64,000 bases of DNA from an uncultured Verrucomicrobiae bacterium (GCA_963705935.1 OY970130.1:520676-584675), one strand, 5' to 3'; shown: positions 49,340 to 60,043, counted from the first letter of the stretch. Notes: a model not told the origin generated them from the sequence alone. Program-made: numbers and translations.

Positions 49340-50602
49340 ATGCTCAAACGAAACACAATCTGGCTCGCGCTGCTCGCCGGCGCCTCGCTCTTCGCGGCAT
49401 CCGCGACCGCGCAAGACAACAAGGCGCTTCTCGACGTACTCATCCAAAAGGGGGTGCTCACGGCCGCTGAGGCCGCGCAGATCTCCAAGGAAATGGCGAC
49501 GAGCAACTCCGCGACTGACGTGGCCACTTCCAAAGGCAAGTTTCTCCAGAAACTGACGCTCAGCGGGCGTTTCCAAACCCAGTATGCCGACCTGAACACC
49601 GACATCGATGGGGCGACCAGCAATCCTGCCAGCACCAACCACTTCTTCCTGCGCCGGATGTATCTTGGCGCCAAGGCTGACCTCGGCAACGGCTGGTCGG
49701 GCAACCTCAACTACGATTTCGCCGGGTCGACCTTCGATGCGGCGTTCGTGCAGTGGAAGCAGAGCGACGCACTCGTGCTGGATGTCGGCTTCCGCAAGGT
49801 GCCGTTCGGCCTCGAGGAATGGTACACGTCGAGCGGCAATCTCCGTGCGATCGAGCGTTCGCCGGCCACGCGCTTCTTCGTCGAGAGCAACAACGGCCGC
49901 CGCCTCGGCGCCGGAAGTTACCGGACGGGTATTTTTCTCGGTGGCAAGAACCCGATGGGGTTCTTCTACAACGTTGCGATCACAAATCCCGAGCGCGATG
50001 AGTCGGCCGCCGGCGTCACCAGCGCGGGCAGCTCCGCCAACAACAATGCGGCTTACTGGGGCAACGTCGGGTACAGCGGCAAGAGCGGGACCGTCACCTA
50101 TGTCGCCAGCGCGTCCGTCGGCGTGCTGCCCGACCAGGGGGGCAAGACACTCGGCACGGGTAACGATCTCATGGTGTACAATGCGTTCACCGAGATCACC
50201 AGCGGACCGTTCGACCTGCAGCTCGAGTACTTCGGCAGCAAAGACGACAATGGCGCGGCCGCCGGGAGGAACTCGAAGAGCTGGGCGTATTCCGTTCAGC
50301 CCGCCTTCAAGGTCAACAGCGTGTTCGAACTCGTGGGCCGCTACTCCTATGTCAATTCCGATGGCCGGGGCCTGAGCACCAGCGACCTGATCCGCTCGGC
50401 ACCGTCCGGCGGCACGATGAACGAGCTCACCGAATGGTTCGGCGGCTTCAACTACTACATCCGCGGCAATGACGTGAAATGGCAGCTCGGGTACATCTAC
50501 GGCGAGAGCAAGAACAACCTCCTCGCCACGGGCAACGTGGTCAAGGGGACCGGCAAGGCCAAGAGCAATGGCGTGCGCAGCCAGATCCAGCTCAATTTCT
50601 GA
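49340..50602 (+). CDS. Phosphate-selective porin (OprO/OprP-like)
   Basis: Signal peptide; FLRRMYLG, KVPFGLEE..SS, IERS; C-terminal Phe; precedes pstS. Confidence 0.8.
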   Translation: MLKRNTIWLALLAGASLFAASATAQDNKALLDVLIQKGVLTAAEAAQISKEMATSNSATDVATSKGKFLQKLTLSGRFQTQYADLNTDIDGATSNPASTNHFFLRRMYLGAKADLGNGWSGNLNYDFAGSTFDAAFVQWKQSDALVLDVGFRKVPFGLEEWYTSSGNLRAIERSPATRFFVESNNGRRLGAGSYRTGIFLGGKNPMGFFYNVAITNPERDESAAGVTSAGSSANNNAAYWGNVGYSGKSGTVTYVASASVGVLPDQGGKTLGTGNDLMVYNAFTEITSGPFDLQLEYFGSKDDNGAAAGRNSKSWAYSVQPAFKVNSVFELVGRYSYVNSDGRGLSTSDLIRSAPSGGTMNELTEWFGGFNYYIRGNDVKWQLGYIYGESKNNLLATGNVVKGTGKAKSNGVRSQIQLNF

Positions 50603-50627
50603 TTCCCCCGGCAGCTAAACTCCCAAC

Positions 50628-51629
50628 ATGAAAAAAATCCTGACGATTGCCGCCTTCGCGGCGCTCAGTTTCACCGCCTCCGCCCAGATGCTGATCAATG
50701 GTGCTGGCGCCACGTTCCCGCAGCCCATCTACACGAAATGGTTCGACGCCTATGCGCGGGTCGATCCGTCCGTGCGCTTCAACTACCAGGGCATCGGCTC
50801 CGGTGGCGGCCAGAAGCAGATCCTGTCCGAAACCGTCGACTTCGGGGCCTCCGACGGCCCGATGTCGGACGAGAATCTCGCCAAGGCACCCCGGACGCTG
50901 TGGCATATCCCGACAGTCGCCGGAGCGGTCGTGGTGAGCTACAACCTCCCGGGCAACCCGGTCCTCAAGCTCGATGGTCCGACGCTCGCCGGGATCTTCC
51001 TCGGCAAGATCACCAAGTGGAACGATCCGGCGATCGCCGGCCAGAATCCCGGCGTGACCCTGCCGGACAGCGACCTCGTGGTGGTGCACCGTTCGGATGG
51101 CAGCGGCACGAGCTACATCTTCACCGACTACCTGAGTTCGGTCAGCCCCGAATGGTCCACGAAGGTCGGCAAGAACACGTCCGTGAACTGGCCGGTCGGA
51201 CTCGGCGGCAAGGGTAATGCGGGCGTGGCGGGGCAGCTCAAGCAGTCCCCGGGTGCGATCGGCTACGTCGAGCTGGCCTACGCCAAGCAGAACAAACTGG
51301 CGTACGCCGACATGAAAAATGCCGCCGGCCAGTACATCACGCCCTCGCTGGATTCGGTGACCGAGGCGCTCGCCTCGGCGAAGATCCCGGACGACTTCCG
51401 TTTCTCGATGGTGAATCCCCCGGGCGAGAAGGCGTATCCGATTGCCGGTACGACCTGGCTGCTGGTCTACGAGCAGCAGAAGGATGCGACCAAGGGCCGC
51501 AAACTGGTGGAGTTCCTCAAGTGGGCCTACACCGACGGCGAAAAGATGGCGTCCACCCTCGACTACTCGCCCCTGCCGGCGAACGTCCAGGCCCGCGTGT
51601 TGGAGCGGGTGAACGCGATCAAGTTCTGA
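50628..51629 (+). CDS. pstS: Phosphate ABC transporter binding protein
   Basis: GAGATFP, GIGSGGG, DFGASD, HRSDGSGT, IGYVE. Confidence 0.96.
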   Translation: MKKILTIAAFAALSFTASAQMLINGAGATFPQPIYTKWFDAYARVDPSVRFNYQGIGSGGGQKQILSETVDFGASDGPMSDENLAKAPRTLWHIPTVAGAVVVSYNLPGNPVLKLDGPTLAGIFLGKITKWNDPAIAGQNPGVTLPDSDLVVVHRSDGSGTSYIFTDYLSSVSPEWSTKVGKNTSVNWPVGLGGKGNAGVAGQLKQSPGAIGYVELAYAKQNKLAYADMKNAAGQYITPSLDSVTEALASAKIPDDFRFSMVNPPGEKAYPIAGTTWLLVYEQQKDATKGRKLVEFLKWAYTDGEKMASTLDYSPLPANVQARVLERVNAIKF

Positions 51630-51648
51630 CGCGGCTGAGCTACTCGAC

Positions 51649-51673
51649 GGAGGGCGCGTCCGACGCGCCCTCC
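51649..51673 (+). terminator. Stem-loop between pstS and pstC (attenuator or mRNA stabiliser)
   Basis: ggagggcgcgtc-c-gacgcgccctcc. Confidence 0.55.
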
Positions 51674-51684
51674 CGTTCCGCCGC

Positions 51685-52656
51685 ATGAGCGAACTCGCCC
51701 CGCCCGCCCCCGTCCGTCCGACTCTGGCCCGTCCCGCCCGACAGCTGGGCGATGCCACGTTCCGCTGGCTGGCGCTGGCCGCCGCGCTGACCGTCGTGCT
51801 GCTGATCGTGCTCGTCGGCTTTGAACTCTATGCGGGGGCCCGGCAGTCGGTCCACCGGTTCGGGGCGAATTTTCTGGTCAGCACGACGTGGGATCCGGTT
51901 TCCGACCAATATGGAGCGCTTCCCTTCATCTTCGGCACGCTGGTCTCGTCGCTGCTGGCGCTGCTGATCGCCGTGCCGCTCGGCGTGGCGACCGCGCTTT
52001 TCCTCACCGAGATGGCGCCGCCGAAGCTGCGGCAGCCGGTCGTGATCGCGATCGAGATGCTGGCGGCGGTGCCCAGCGTGATTTTCGGACTCTGGGGCAT
52101 CTTCGTCATGATCCCCTGGCTGCGGGACCACCTTTTCGTCTGGTTGCGCGATACGCTCGGATTTCTCCCGTTTTTCCAGGGCCCGATCTACGGGGTCAGC
52201 ATGCTCGCGGGCGCCGTGATCATCGCGATCATGATCCTGCCGATCATCACCTCGGTTTCCCGTGAGATCCTGCGCTCGGTGCCAAACCTGCAGCGCGAGG
52301 CGGCGTATGCCCTCGGTGCCACGCACTGGGAAGTGATTCGCATCGCCCTGCTGAGCTACGCGCGCCGCGGACTGTTCGGCGCGGCGGTGCTGGGTCTCGG
52401 CCGCGCCCTGGGCGAGACGATGGCGGTGACGATGGTGATCGGCAACCGGCCCGACATCAGTGCGTCGCTCTTCGCCCCCGGCTACACGCTGGCGAGCGTC
52501 GTCGCCAACGAATTCACCGAAGCCACGAGCGACCTCTACCTGAGCTCGCTCTTCGAACTCGGTCTCGTGCTCGTCGGGTGCACGATCCTGGTGAACGCCA
52601 TCGCGCAGCTGATGCTGCGGACGATCGCGGGCCCGGGAACCGGGAAGGTGACGTGA
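51685..52656 (+). CDS. pstC: Phosphate ABC transporter permease
   Basis: WDP..YGALPFIFGT, LAAVPSVIFGLWG, REAAYALGAT, RALGETMAV. Confidence 0.95.
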   Translation: MSELAPPAPVRPTLARPARQLGDATFRWLALAAALTVVLLIVLVGFELYAGARQSVHRFGANFLVSTTWDPVSDQYGALPFIFGTLVSSLLALLIAVPLGVATALFLTEMAPPKLRQPVVIAIEMLAAVPSVIFGLWGIFVMIPWLRDHLFVWLRDTLGFLPFFQGPIYGVSMLAGAVIIAIMILPIITSVSREILRSVPNLQREAAYALGATHWEVIRIALLSYARRGLFGAAVLGLGRALGETMAVTMVIGNRPDISASLFAPGYTLASVVANEFTEATSDLYLSSLFELGLVLVGCTILVNAIAQLMLRTIAGPGTGKVT

Positions 52657-52660
52657 ACGC

Positions 52661-53536
52661 ATGAGCACCTCCCCGAACGCGACGTGGATTCCCAGTGCGG
52701 GGTTCGCGCGCTGGCGCCGGATCAAGAGCCAGCTGATGCGGATCGTGCTCGGGCTCTGCGCCCTGGCCGTCGCCGCGCCGCTTTTCCTCGTCCTCTATTT
52801 CCTGATTCGCGAAGGGGCGTCGTCGCTCGACTGGAATTTCTTCACCCAGCTGCCGAAACCGACGGGCGAGTCGGGCGGCGGGATGGCGCACGCCATCGTC
52901 GGCACGATCGAGCTGCTGCTGATGGCGGCGGCGCTGGGCGTCCCGATCGGCGTGATGGGCGGAGTCTATCTTGCCGAATACGGTTCGGAGCGTGCCAGTT
53001 ACTGGATGCGGTTCGGCGCGGACGTCCTCAACGGCGTGCCGTCGATCGTCTGGGGCATGGTCGTCTACGCGCTGCTCGTCGTGCCCTTCAAGACCTTCTC
53101 CGCCTACGCCGGCGGTGTGGCTCTCGGGCTGATCATGATCCCGCTGGTGATGCGCACGACGGAAGAGGTCCTCATCCTCGTGCCGCAAAGTTACCGCGAG
53201 GCCGGGCTGGCCCTGGGCATTCCCCGCTGGAAAATCGTGACGGTGATCGTCCTGAAGACCGCGCTCAAAGGCATCATCACCGGAGTGCTGGTGGCGCTGG
53301 CGCGGGTCGCCGGCGAGACCGCGCCGCTGCTGTTCACCGCGCTCGGCAACAATTTCTGGAATCACAACCTGGCGGAGCCGATCGCCTCGATTCCCCTGCA
53401 GATCTTCTCGTACGCGATCTCGCCGTACGACGACTGGCACCGCCAGGCGTGGGCGGGTGCGCTCGTGCTCATGCTGCTGATCCTGGCGTTGAACGTCACC
53501 GTGCGCGTGATCTCGCGCGATCGGCCGAACACCTGA
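52661..53536 (+). CDS. pstA: Phosphate ABC transporter permease
   Basis: [34 protein letters not shown]. Confidence 0.95.
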   Translation: MSTSPNATWIPSAGFARWRRIKSQLMRIVLGLCALAVAAPLFLVLYFLIREGASSLDWNFFTQLPKPTGESGGGMAHAIVGTIELLLMAAALGVPIGVMGGVYLAEYGSERASYWMRFGADVLNGVPSIVWGMVVYALLVVPFKTFSAYAGGVALGLIMIPLVMRTTEEVLILVPQSYREAGLALGIPRWKIVTVIVLKTALKGIITGVLVALARVAGETAPLLFTALGNNFWNHNLAEPIASIPLQIFSYAISPYDDWHRQAWAGALVLMLLILALNVTVRVISRDRPNT

Positions 53537-53549
53537 GCGCCCGGTTCCC

Positions 53550-54395
53550 ATGACGCTTTCCCTTGCCGCCGAAATTCCGCCTTTGGCCCAACCTGCTTTT
53601 CCGGCCGCCCAGCCGAAACCGATGACCACCACCAACGAGCTCCCGGCGTTCGACATCGCCGGATTTTCGCTCTGGTACGGCGTGCGCCAGGCGCTGTACG
53701 ACGTGAGCATCCGGATCCCGGCGCGGCAGGTGACGGCGGTCATCGGCCCCAGCGGCTGCGGCAAGTCGACGTTTCTCCGCGCGCTCAACCGCATGCACGA
53801 GATCACGCCGGGGACCCGGATGGCCGGCCAGCTCCGGTTCTTCGGGGAGAATCTCCACGGCCGCGACGTCGACCCCGGCCAGGTGCGCCGGCGCGTGGGC
53901 ATGGTTTTCCAGAAATCCAACCCGTTTCCGACGATGTCGATCGCCGAGAACGTGCTGGTCGGACTCCGGCTGAACGGCGTGCGCGACCGGGCGTTCCTCG
54001 CGCGGCGGCTGGAGGAGTCGCTCCGGATGGCCGCGCTCTGGGACGAGGTGAAGGATCACCTGGCGCGATCCGGCACGAGTCTCTCCGGTGGTCAGCAGCA
54101 GCGGCTGTGCATCGCCCGCGCGCTGGCGGTGCAGCCCGACGTGATCCTGATGGACGAGCCCTGCTCGGCGCTCGATCCGCTCGCCACGGCGAAGATCGAG
54201 GAATTGATTCAGCAGTTGCGCGATCGCTTCACGGTGGTGATCGTCACGCACAACATGCAGCAGGCCGCACGCGTTTCCGACCACACGGCGTTTTTCTACC
54301 TCGGCCGGCTGATCGAGTTCGGCGATACGCGTAACGTCTTCACCAACCCCTCGAACCCGCAGACGGAAGCCTACGTCTCCGGCCGGTTCGGATGA
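53550..54395 (+). CDS. pstB: Phosphate ABC transporter ATPase
   Basis: [39 protein letters not shown]. Confidence 0.96.
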   Translation: MTLSLAAEIPPLAQPAFPAAQPKPMTTTNELPAFDIAGFSLWYGVRQALYDVSIRIPARQVTAVIGPSGCGKSTFLRALNRMHEITPGTRMAGQLRFFGENLHGRDVDPGQVRRRVGMVFQKSNPFPTMSIAENVLVGLRLNGVRDRAFLARRLEESLRMAALWDEVKDHLARSGTSLSGGQQQRLCIARALAVQPDVILMDEPCSALDPLATAKIEELIQQLRDRFTVVIVTHNMQQAARVSDHTAFFYLGRLIEFGDTRNVFTNPSNPQTEAYVSGRFG

Positions 54396-54411
54396 GGGTG
54401 CGCCATGCCCC

Positions 54412-55092
54412 ATGACCCACTTTGACGAAGAGATGAGCAAGCTGAAGGAGACGCTGCTGGCGATGTCCAGCCATGCCGAGTCATCCGTCTCGCGGGCGAT
54501 GCGGGCGCTGGTCGAGCGCGAGGATGCGCTGGCGCATCAGGTGATCGAGGACGACACGATCCTGGACCAGTTCGAGATCGAGGTGGACGATCTCTCGATC
54601 CACCTGCTGGCGAAGGCGCCGCTCGCGACCGACCTGCGGCTCATCACCGTCGCGATGAAGATCTCGCAGAACCTCGAACGGGTCGGCGACGAGGCGGTCG
54701 CGATCGCGCGCCGCGCGCTGGATCTCAACCGCGAACCGCAGCTCAAGCCGTATGTCGACCTGCCGCGGATGGCGACGATGGGGCTCGGGATGCTGCGCGA
54801 CTCGCTCACCGCGTTCATCGACCGCCGGCCCGAGCTGGCCCGCACGATTGTGCCGCGCGACCACGAGGTCGACGACCTCAACCGCCAGCTTTACCGGGAG
54901 CTCTCGAGCTTCATGGTCGAGCGTCCCTCGAACATCACCCGCTGCCTCTGCCTCATGTCGGTTTCCAAGCGGCTCGAGCGGATTGCCGACCATGCGACCA
55001 ACATTGCGGAGGAGATCGTTTACCTGTACGAAGCGCGGGACATCCGCCACACCGGCTTGAAAGCCAATGAAACCGAAGATTCTCCTCGTTGA
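54412..55092 (+). CDS. phoU: Phosphate signalling protein PhoU
   Basis: PLATDLR, LERVGD, LERIADHATNIAE. Confidence 0.95.
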   Translation: MTHFDEEMSKLKETLLAMSSHAESSVSRAMRALVEREDALAHQVIEDDTILDQFEIEVDDLSIHLLAKAPLATDLRLITVAMKISQNLERVGDEAVAIARRALDLNREPQLKPYVDLPRMATMGLGMLRDSLTAFIDRRPELARTIVPRDHEVDDLNRQLYRELSSFMVERPSNITRCLCLMSVSKRLERIADHATNIAEEIVYLYEARDIRHTGLKANETEDSPR

Positions 55093-55753
55093 CGACGAGC
55101 CCGACGCCCTCGAGGTGCTCGGGTTCAAGCTCCGGGAAGCCGGATTCGTGCCGGTGGCGGCCACCGACGGCGCCAAGGCCCTGGCCGCGGTCAAGGCCGA
55201 CCGTCCGGCCCTGATCGTGCTCGACCTGATGCTGCCGGAGGTGGACGGACTCGAGGTCTGCAAGATCCTGCGGCGCGACCCGGCGACGGCTGCGATTCCG
55301 ATCCTGATGCTGACGGCGAAGGCGGCGGAAATGGACCGCGTGCTCGGACTCGAGCTGGGCGCGGACGACTACGTCACCAAGCCGTACAGCCCGCGCGAAC
55401 TCGTGCTGCGGATCAAGAAGCTGCTCGCCCGGCAGAAGACGACCGACGAGCCGGAGCCGCGCCTGCGGATCGGCAGCCTCGAGATCGACGTGCCGCGGCA
55501 CGAGGTGAAGATCGCCAGCGTCCCCGTCACGCTGACCGCGACCGAGTTCAGGCTGCTCGAGATCCTCGCCCGGCGGCGCGGACGCGTGCAGACCCGGGAC
55601 CGGCTGCTGCAGGACGTCTGGGGCTACGAGACGGCGATCGACACACGCACGGTCGACACGCACATGCGGCGGCTGCGGGAGAAGCTGGGCGAATCCGCGG
55701 ACTTCCTGGAGACCGTTCGTGGCGTCGGCTACCGTTTCGTCGCCGAAACCTGA
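55067..55753 (+). CDS. phoB: OmpR-family response regulator PhoB
   Basis: LDLMLP, GADDYVTKP, TRTVDTHMRRLREK, TVRGVGY; operon position. Confidence 0.88.
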   Translation: MKPKILLVDDEPDALEVLGFKLREAGFVPVAATDGAKALAAVKADRPALIVLDLMLPEVDGLEVCKILRRDPATAAIPILMLTAKAAEMDRVLGLELGADDYVTKPYSPRELVLRIKKLLARQKTTDEPEPRLRIGSLEIDVPRHEVKIASVPVTLTATEFRLLEILARRRGRVQTRDRLLQDVWGYETAIDTRTVDTHMRRLREKLGESADFLETVRGVGYRFVAET

Positions 55754-55797
55754 ATGCGGGTTGACCCTCCGGCGCCTGGCGCCTCCGCTGCTGTTTC

Positions 55798-56973
55798 ATG
55801 CTGGCCACCCTGCTGATCGCCGTTTGCGCCGTGCTCGGGCTGCTCGTCTGGCGACTGCGGGATCAACTTGGCGCCCGGGAGGCGGAGCAGGTGCAGCTGC
55901 TCGAGCGGCAGCGCGGACGCTACGAGCGCGAGGAGCAGGCGCTCGCCGCCCAGACCCAGTCGATGCTCGACAGCATGATTGAGGGCATCGTGGTCCTCGA
56001 TCCGCTGGGCCGGATCGCGCGGGCGAACCGGGCGGCGGAGGCGATCTTCGGGTTCTCCCGGATGATGACCGGCGGCACGTTGCTCGAAGCCGTGCGGAAC
56101 CACGAGGTGGTGGAGCTGGCGGTCCGCGTGGCCGACGAGGGCGGACCCATCGAGCAGGAGATCCGGCTCGAGCGGCCGGCTGCCCGGATGCTGGAGGTGA
56201 GCGCCGTCGCCTTGCGTAACCCGGCCGGAGAACCCGCCGGCGCCGTGCTCGTTTTCCACGACGTCACCCGCCTGCGCCAGCTGGAGGCCATGCGCCAGGA
56301 GTTCGTCGCCAACGTCAGCCATGAATTGCGCACGCCGCTGTCGGTGATCAAGAGCGCGGCCGAGACCCTGCTCGACGGCGGCCGGAACGACGCGGCCGTG
56401 ACGGCCCGGTTCCTCGAGATCATCGACAAGCACGCGACGAGGCTGACGTCGATGATCGACGACCTGCTGATGCTTTCGCGGCTGGAATCCGAGCGGCAGG
56501 AGCTGGCATTGGTGCCCGTGACGCTGCGGGCGCTGGCCCAGGAGGCGCTCGACGACGCCGCATTGATGGCATCGTCGCGCCAGATTTCGCTCGAGAACCA
56601 GTTGCCGGCCGGGCTGCTGGCCAAAGCGGACCCCGACCAGCTGCAGCACGTGTTTGGCAACCTGCTGAGCAACGCGATCAAGTACGGACATCCCGGCGGC
56701 CATGTCACCGTCGCCGGCCGGCTGATCGGCGGGCAGCGCGTCGAAGTGTCGGTGCGCGACGACGGGCCGGGGATTCCGCCGGAGGCGCAGGGGCGGATAT
56801 TCGAGCGGTTCTACCGGGTGGACAAGGCGCGCTCGCGGGAGCAGGGCGGCACCGGGCTGGGCCTGTCGATCGTGAAGCACATCGTGCAGGCCCACGGCGG
56901 CGAGGTGCGGGTCGAGAGCGAAGTGGGGAAGGGCGCGGAGTTCTTCTTCACGCTCGGCCGGGCCGAAGCGTAG
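55798..56973 (+). CDS. phoR: Sensor kinase PhoR
   Basis: FVANVSHELRTPL, NAIKY, ERFYRVDKARSR..GGTGLGL. Confidence 0.9.
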   Translation: MLATLLIAVCAVLGLLVWRLRDQLGAREAEQVQLLERQRGRYEREEQALAAQTQSMLDSMIEGIVVLDPLGRIARANRAAEAIFGFSRMMTGGTLLEAVRNHEVVELAVRVADEGGPIEQEIRLERPAARMLEVSAVALRNPAGEPAGAVLVFHDVTRLRQLEAMRQEFVANVSHELRTPLSVIKSAAETLLDGGRNDAAVTARFLEIIDKHATRLTSMIDDLLMLSRLESERQELALVPVTLRALAQEALDDAALMASSRQISLENQLPAGLLAKADPDQLQHVFGNLLSNAIKYGHPGGHVTVAGRLIGGQRVEVSVRDDGPGIPPEAQGRIFERFYRVDKARSREQGGTGLGLSIVKHIVQAHGGEVRVESEVGKGAEFFFTLGRAEA

Positions 56974-57082
56974 GGTCCGCATGGCCGCGGGCGTCCGGTT
57001 GCCCCGCCCGCCTACGGACAGCAGCCCCGGCAGTGGCTGACACCGAAATTCCGCGATGCCGCGATCGGCCGGGTGCGGCGCT

Positions 57083-58141
57083 CTACGCCCCCCGCAGCAG
57101 CACGACGATCAGGTAGCCGAGCGCGCCGGTCAGGGGAAGCGTCAGCACCCAGGCCCAGACGATCCGGCCGACCAGGCCCCATTTCACCGCGCTGAACCGC
57201 TTGGTTGCGCCGACGCCCATGATCGAGGTGGCGATGACATGGGTGGTCGATACCGGCGCCCCGATGATCGACGCGCCGTGGATGATCAGGGCCGCCGTGG
57301 TTTCCGCGGCGAACCCGTGGACCGGCTGCAGCTTGACCATCTTGTGTCCCATTGTCCGGATGATGCGCCATCCACCGCCGGCCGTGCCCGCCGCCATCGT
57401 GAGCGCGCACGAAACCATCACCCAGTGGGGCACGATGAACGTCGGGGTGTGCAGGAAACCCAGCCAGCCGGGAAGACCGTCGAACGTGCCCGCCTTCGTG
57501 CCGGTGAACAGCGCGAGCGCGATGATGCCCATCGTCTTCTGCGCATCGTTCGAACCGTGGCTGTAGCCCATGAAGCCTGCGCTCACGAGCTGGGCCTTGC
57601 CGAAGATCAGGCCGACGATTCGCGGCGTGACCTTGCGCAGCAGCACCGTGAGCAAAAACATCAGCACGGCACCGCCAACGAAACCCAGCAGCGGCGAGCT
57701 GATCATCGGCAGCACGATCTTCGGCCAGAGTCCGCCGGTCGCGCCCTTGGCGTCCACGAACGACCATTTCAGGACCGCCCAGTTTCCCTGCGCCGTGCCC
57801 AGCGCGGCACCGCAGAGTCCGCCGACGAGCGCATGACTGGAACTCGACGGCAGCCCGAGCCACCAGGTCAGAAGTCCCCAGACGATCGCGCTGAGCAGCG
57901 CCGCCAGCACCGTGCCCATCGTGACAAACTGGGTGTCGATGAGTCCGCTGCCGATGGTCGTGGCCACGGCGGTGCCGGTGAATGCGCCGATCAGGTTCCA
58001 GCAGGCAGCCCAGACCACGGCCTGGCGCGGCGTCAGGACCTTCGTCGAAACCACGGTGGCAATGGCGTTCGCCGTGTCGTGAAAGCCGTTGATGTACTCG
58101 AAGACGAACGCGGCCAGCAGAACGAGCAGGAAGAACGTCAT
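57083..58141 (-). CDS. pit: PiT-family inorganic phosphate transporter
   Basis: NGFHDTANA, PSSSSHAL, HGSNDAQK, PVSTTH. Confidence 0.93.
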   Translation of the reverse strand: MTFFLLVLLAAFVFEYINGFHDTANAIATVVSTKVLTPRQAVVWAACWNLIGAFTGTAVATTIGSGLIDTQFVTMGTVLAALLSAIVWGLLTWWLGLPSSSSHALVGGLCGAALGTAQGNWAVLKWSFVDAKGATGGLWPKIVLPMISSPLLGFVGGAVLMFLLTVLLRKVTPRIVGLIFGKAQLVSAGFMGYSHGSNDAQKTMGIIALALFTGTKAGTFDGLPGWLGFLHTPTFIVPHWVMVSCALTMAAGTAGGGWRIIRTMGHKMVKLQPVHGFAAETTAALIIHGASIIGAPVSTTHVIATSIMGVGATKRFSAVKWGLVGRIVWAWVLTLPLTGALGYLIVVLLRGA

Positions 58142-58232
58142 GAGAAAGAGGTGGGCGCGGAGCGGCGGCCTCGCGTTCCGGCGGGTTCGCCGCGACGGTT
58201 GGCGGACTGGGCCGGAACCAGGCCGTCTCGCA

Positions 58233-58871
58233 TCAGGAGTGTTTCAGGACGATCTGCACCACGATGTTGCCGGCGTTGCGGCAACGATCGACGGCTTGTT
58301 CCACCATCTCGTACAGCTCCTGCAGGATCACGAGTTCCTTGGCTTCGTAGGGCCCGTGATAAAGGTCCTTCAGGAGTCCGAGCATGACCTTGTCGGCCTC
58401 GCCCTCCGCGTACTGCAGCCGGTCGTTGGCCTCGCGCACCTTCTCGATGTCGGCGCCGCCGCGCAGCTGCTTGACCATGAATACGACCGCCTCGGCGGCG
58501 AGCGTCAGCAGTTCCGCCTGCCGCTGGAACGCGGCGTGCGGCACGCGCCCGGGGTAGATCGACAGCCGCTCGACGATTTTCTCGATCGCCTTCGGAATCC
58601 GGTAGAGCGCGAACGAGAGCGCTTCGATGTCCTCCCGTTCCAGCGGCGTGACGAAGGTTTTGCTCAGCTCCTCGGTCATCTGGTAGCGGATCCGCTTTTC
58701 CTTGCGCCGGCTCTGCACGAAATCGTCGAGCTGTGGTGGCGGGCCTCCCTGGCTCAGGGTCTGCAGGTACTGCGTCAGCAGCGACACGCTGATTCTGGCT
58801 TCCTCCGCTCCGGCCTCGAGCAGATCGAAGAACTTCTCCTCCTTGCCAAACAGTCGTTTGAGCCACCGCAT
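58233..58871 (-). CDS. DUF47 Pit accessory protein
   Basis: KFFDLLE, TFVTPLEREDI, EGEADK; upstream of pit. Confidence 0.9.
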   Translation of the reverse strand: MRWLKRLFGKEEKFFDLLEAGAEEARISVSLLTQYLQTLSQGGPPPQLDDFVQSRRKEKRIRYQMTEELSKTFVTPLEREDIEALSFALYRIPKAIEKIVERLSIYPGRVPHAAFQRQAELLTLAAEAVVFMVKQLRGGADIEKVREANDRLQYAEGEADKVMLGLLKDLYHGPYEAKELVILQELYEMVEQAVDRCRNAGNIVVQIVLKHS

Positions 58872-58977
58872 ATTCCCGCTTTGAGTAGAGCCCGGTGGAG
58901 CGATTGCGAAACAAATCGTGACGCAACGCCTTGGACAAATGGTTCGGACGAAACCGGCACCGTCGCCGCCCGGCGCG

Positions 58978-59802
58978 TCACCGCTGCCGCGGGGCTTCGA
59001 GGGCAGCCGGAGCCGCGCCGGCCTCGCCGCGCAGACGCACCCAAAGATAGCCGATCCGCTCGTAGACCGCCCGCGTGCTCCGCCCGATCGACTCGGCGTC
59101 CCAGCCGTATCCCGTCAGCGTCCAACCCGGGGAAGGACGGTCCGCAAAGTCCGCCGGACAGGCGACCGGGTTCGCCCCGGCCCCGTACATCAACGCCATC
59201 GCCCGGCGCATGTGCCACGCCGAAGTGACGAGCGCGAAGGGCGCGTCGCCGGCCAGCCGGCGCATCGCCGCCGCCTCGTCATCCGTGTCGCGCGGCGTGT
59301 CGAACCGGATGATCCGCTCCGGCGCGACGCCGACCGACTCCGCCGCCTGCGCCAGCACGGCCGCGTGCGACGGCCGGTTCGGTTCCCCATAACCGCTGAC
59401 CACCAGCTTCGCCCCGGGCAGCACGCGGAGGATGCGAATTGCCTCGAGCAGCCGTCCCTGGGCCGACGTGCTCAGCTTGTTCACGGCGGACAGCCACGGC
59501 GTGTCGCCGTGGCCGCTGCCCAGCACGAGGACATAACGGCAGGCGGCGAGGGAGGCCGGCACCGGCGTGTTGGCCGTGAACTCGGGAATCGCCGGGTACT
59601 GCGTCTCGAGCGGGCGAACGAGCCAGGTGCTGAGCGCGCGGTTGCTGAACAGCAGCAGCAGCACGACGCCGGTGCCGAGAAGCCATTTCCCGAGCACGCG
59701 GCGGCGTCCGAAAAACGCCAGGCACCAGCCGGTCACGAGCAGCGCGAGGCAGAGCGGCACCGGCATCAGCCAGTACCCGATGACTTTTTTCAGCCAGAAC
59801 AT
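58978..59802 (-). CDS. YdcF/ElyC (DUF218) family protein
   Basis: VLVLGSG, RLLEA, SG, DTDDEA, LVTSAWHMRRA, YERIG; start at MFWLKK. Confidence 0.88.
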   Translation of the reverse strand: MFWLKKVIGYWLMPVPLCLALLVTGWCLAFFGRRRVLGKWLLGTGVVLLLLFSNRALSTWLVRPLETQYPAIPEFTANTPVPASLAACRYVLVLGSGHGDTPWLSAVNKLSTSAQGRLLEAIRILRVLPGAKLVVSGYGEPNRPSHAAVLAQAAESVGVAPERIIRFDTPRDTDDEAAAMRRLAGDAPFALVTSAWHMRRAMALMYGAGANPVACPADFADRPSPGWTLTGYGWDAESIGRSTRAVYERIGYLWVRLRGEAGAAPAALEAPRQR

Positions 59803-60043
59803 GATCGTTGGTTTTCCCGAATGGTCACTCGATGGGTCGCGGCACCGGCACGATGGGTCCCGCGCCGAAGATCCGGTTGAACAGCGGTGTCGCCAGCAGC
59901 GTGGTCGCCATCGCCCTGAAGACCAGAAAGGAAATACGCCTCGGCGTCGCGCAGCACGCCGGTACGGACATGAGCAATCGCGCCAAATTGGCTTGCTGCG
60001 TTCGCCGGGCACCGTTCCTTCGGTCGTCACTGCCCGTCCCGAA

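Noticed and set aside
58900-58940. Pho box upstream of DUF47-pit
   Set aside because: Only one good half-site (CGTCAC, 58923-58918); the neighbouring unit is 12 bp away, not 11.
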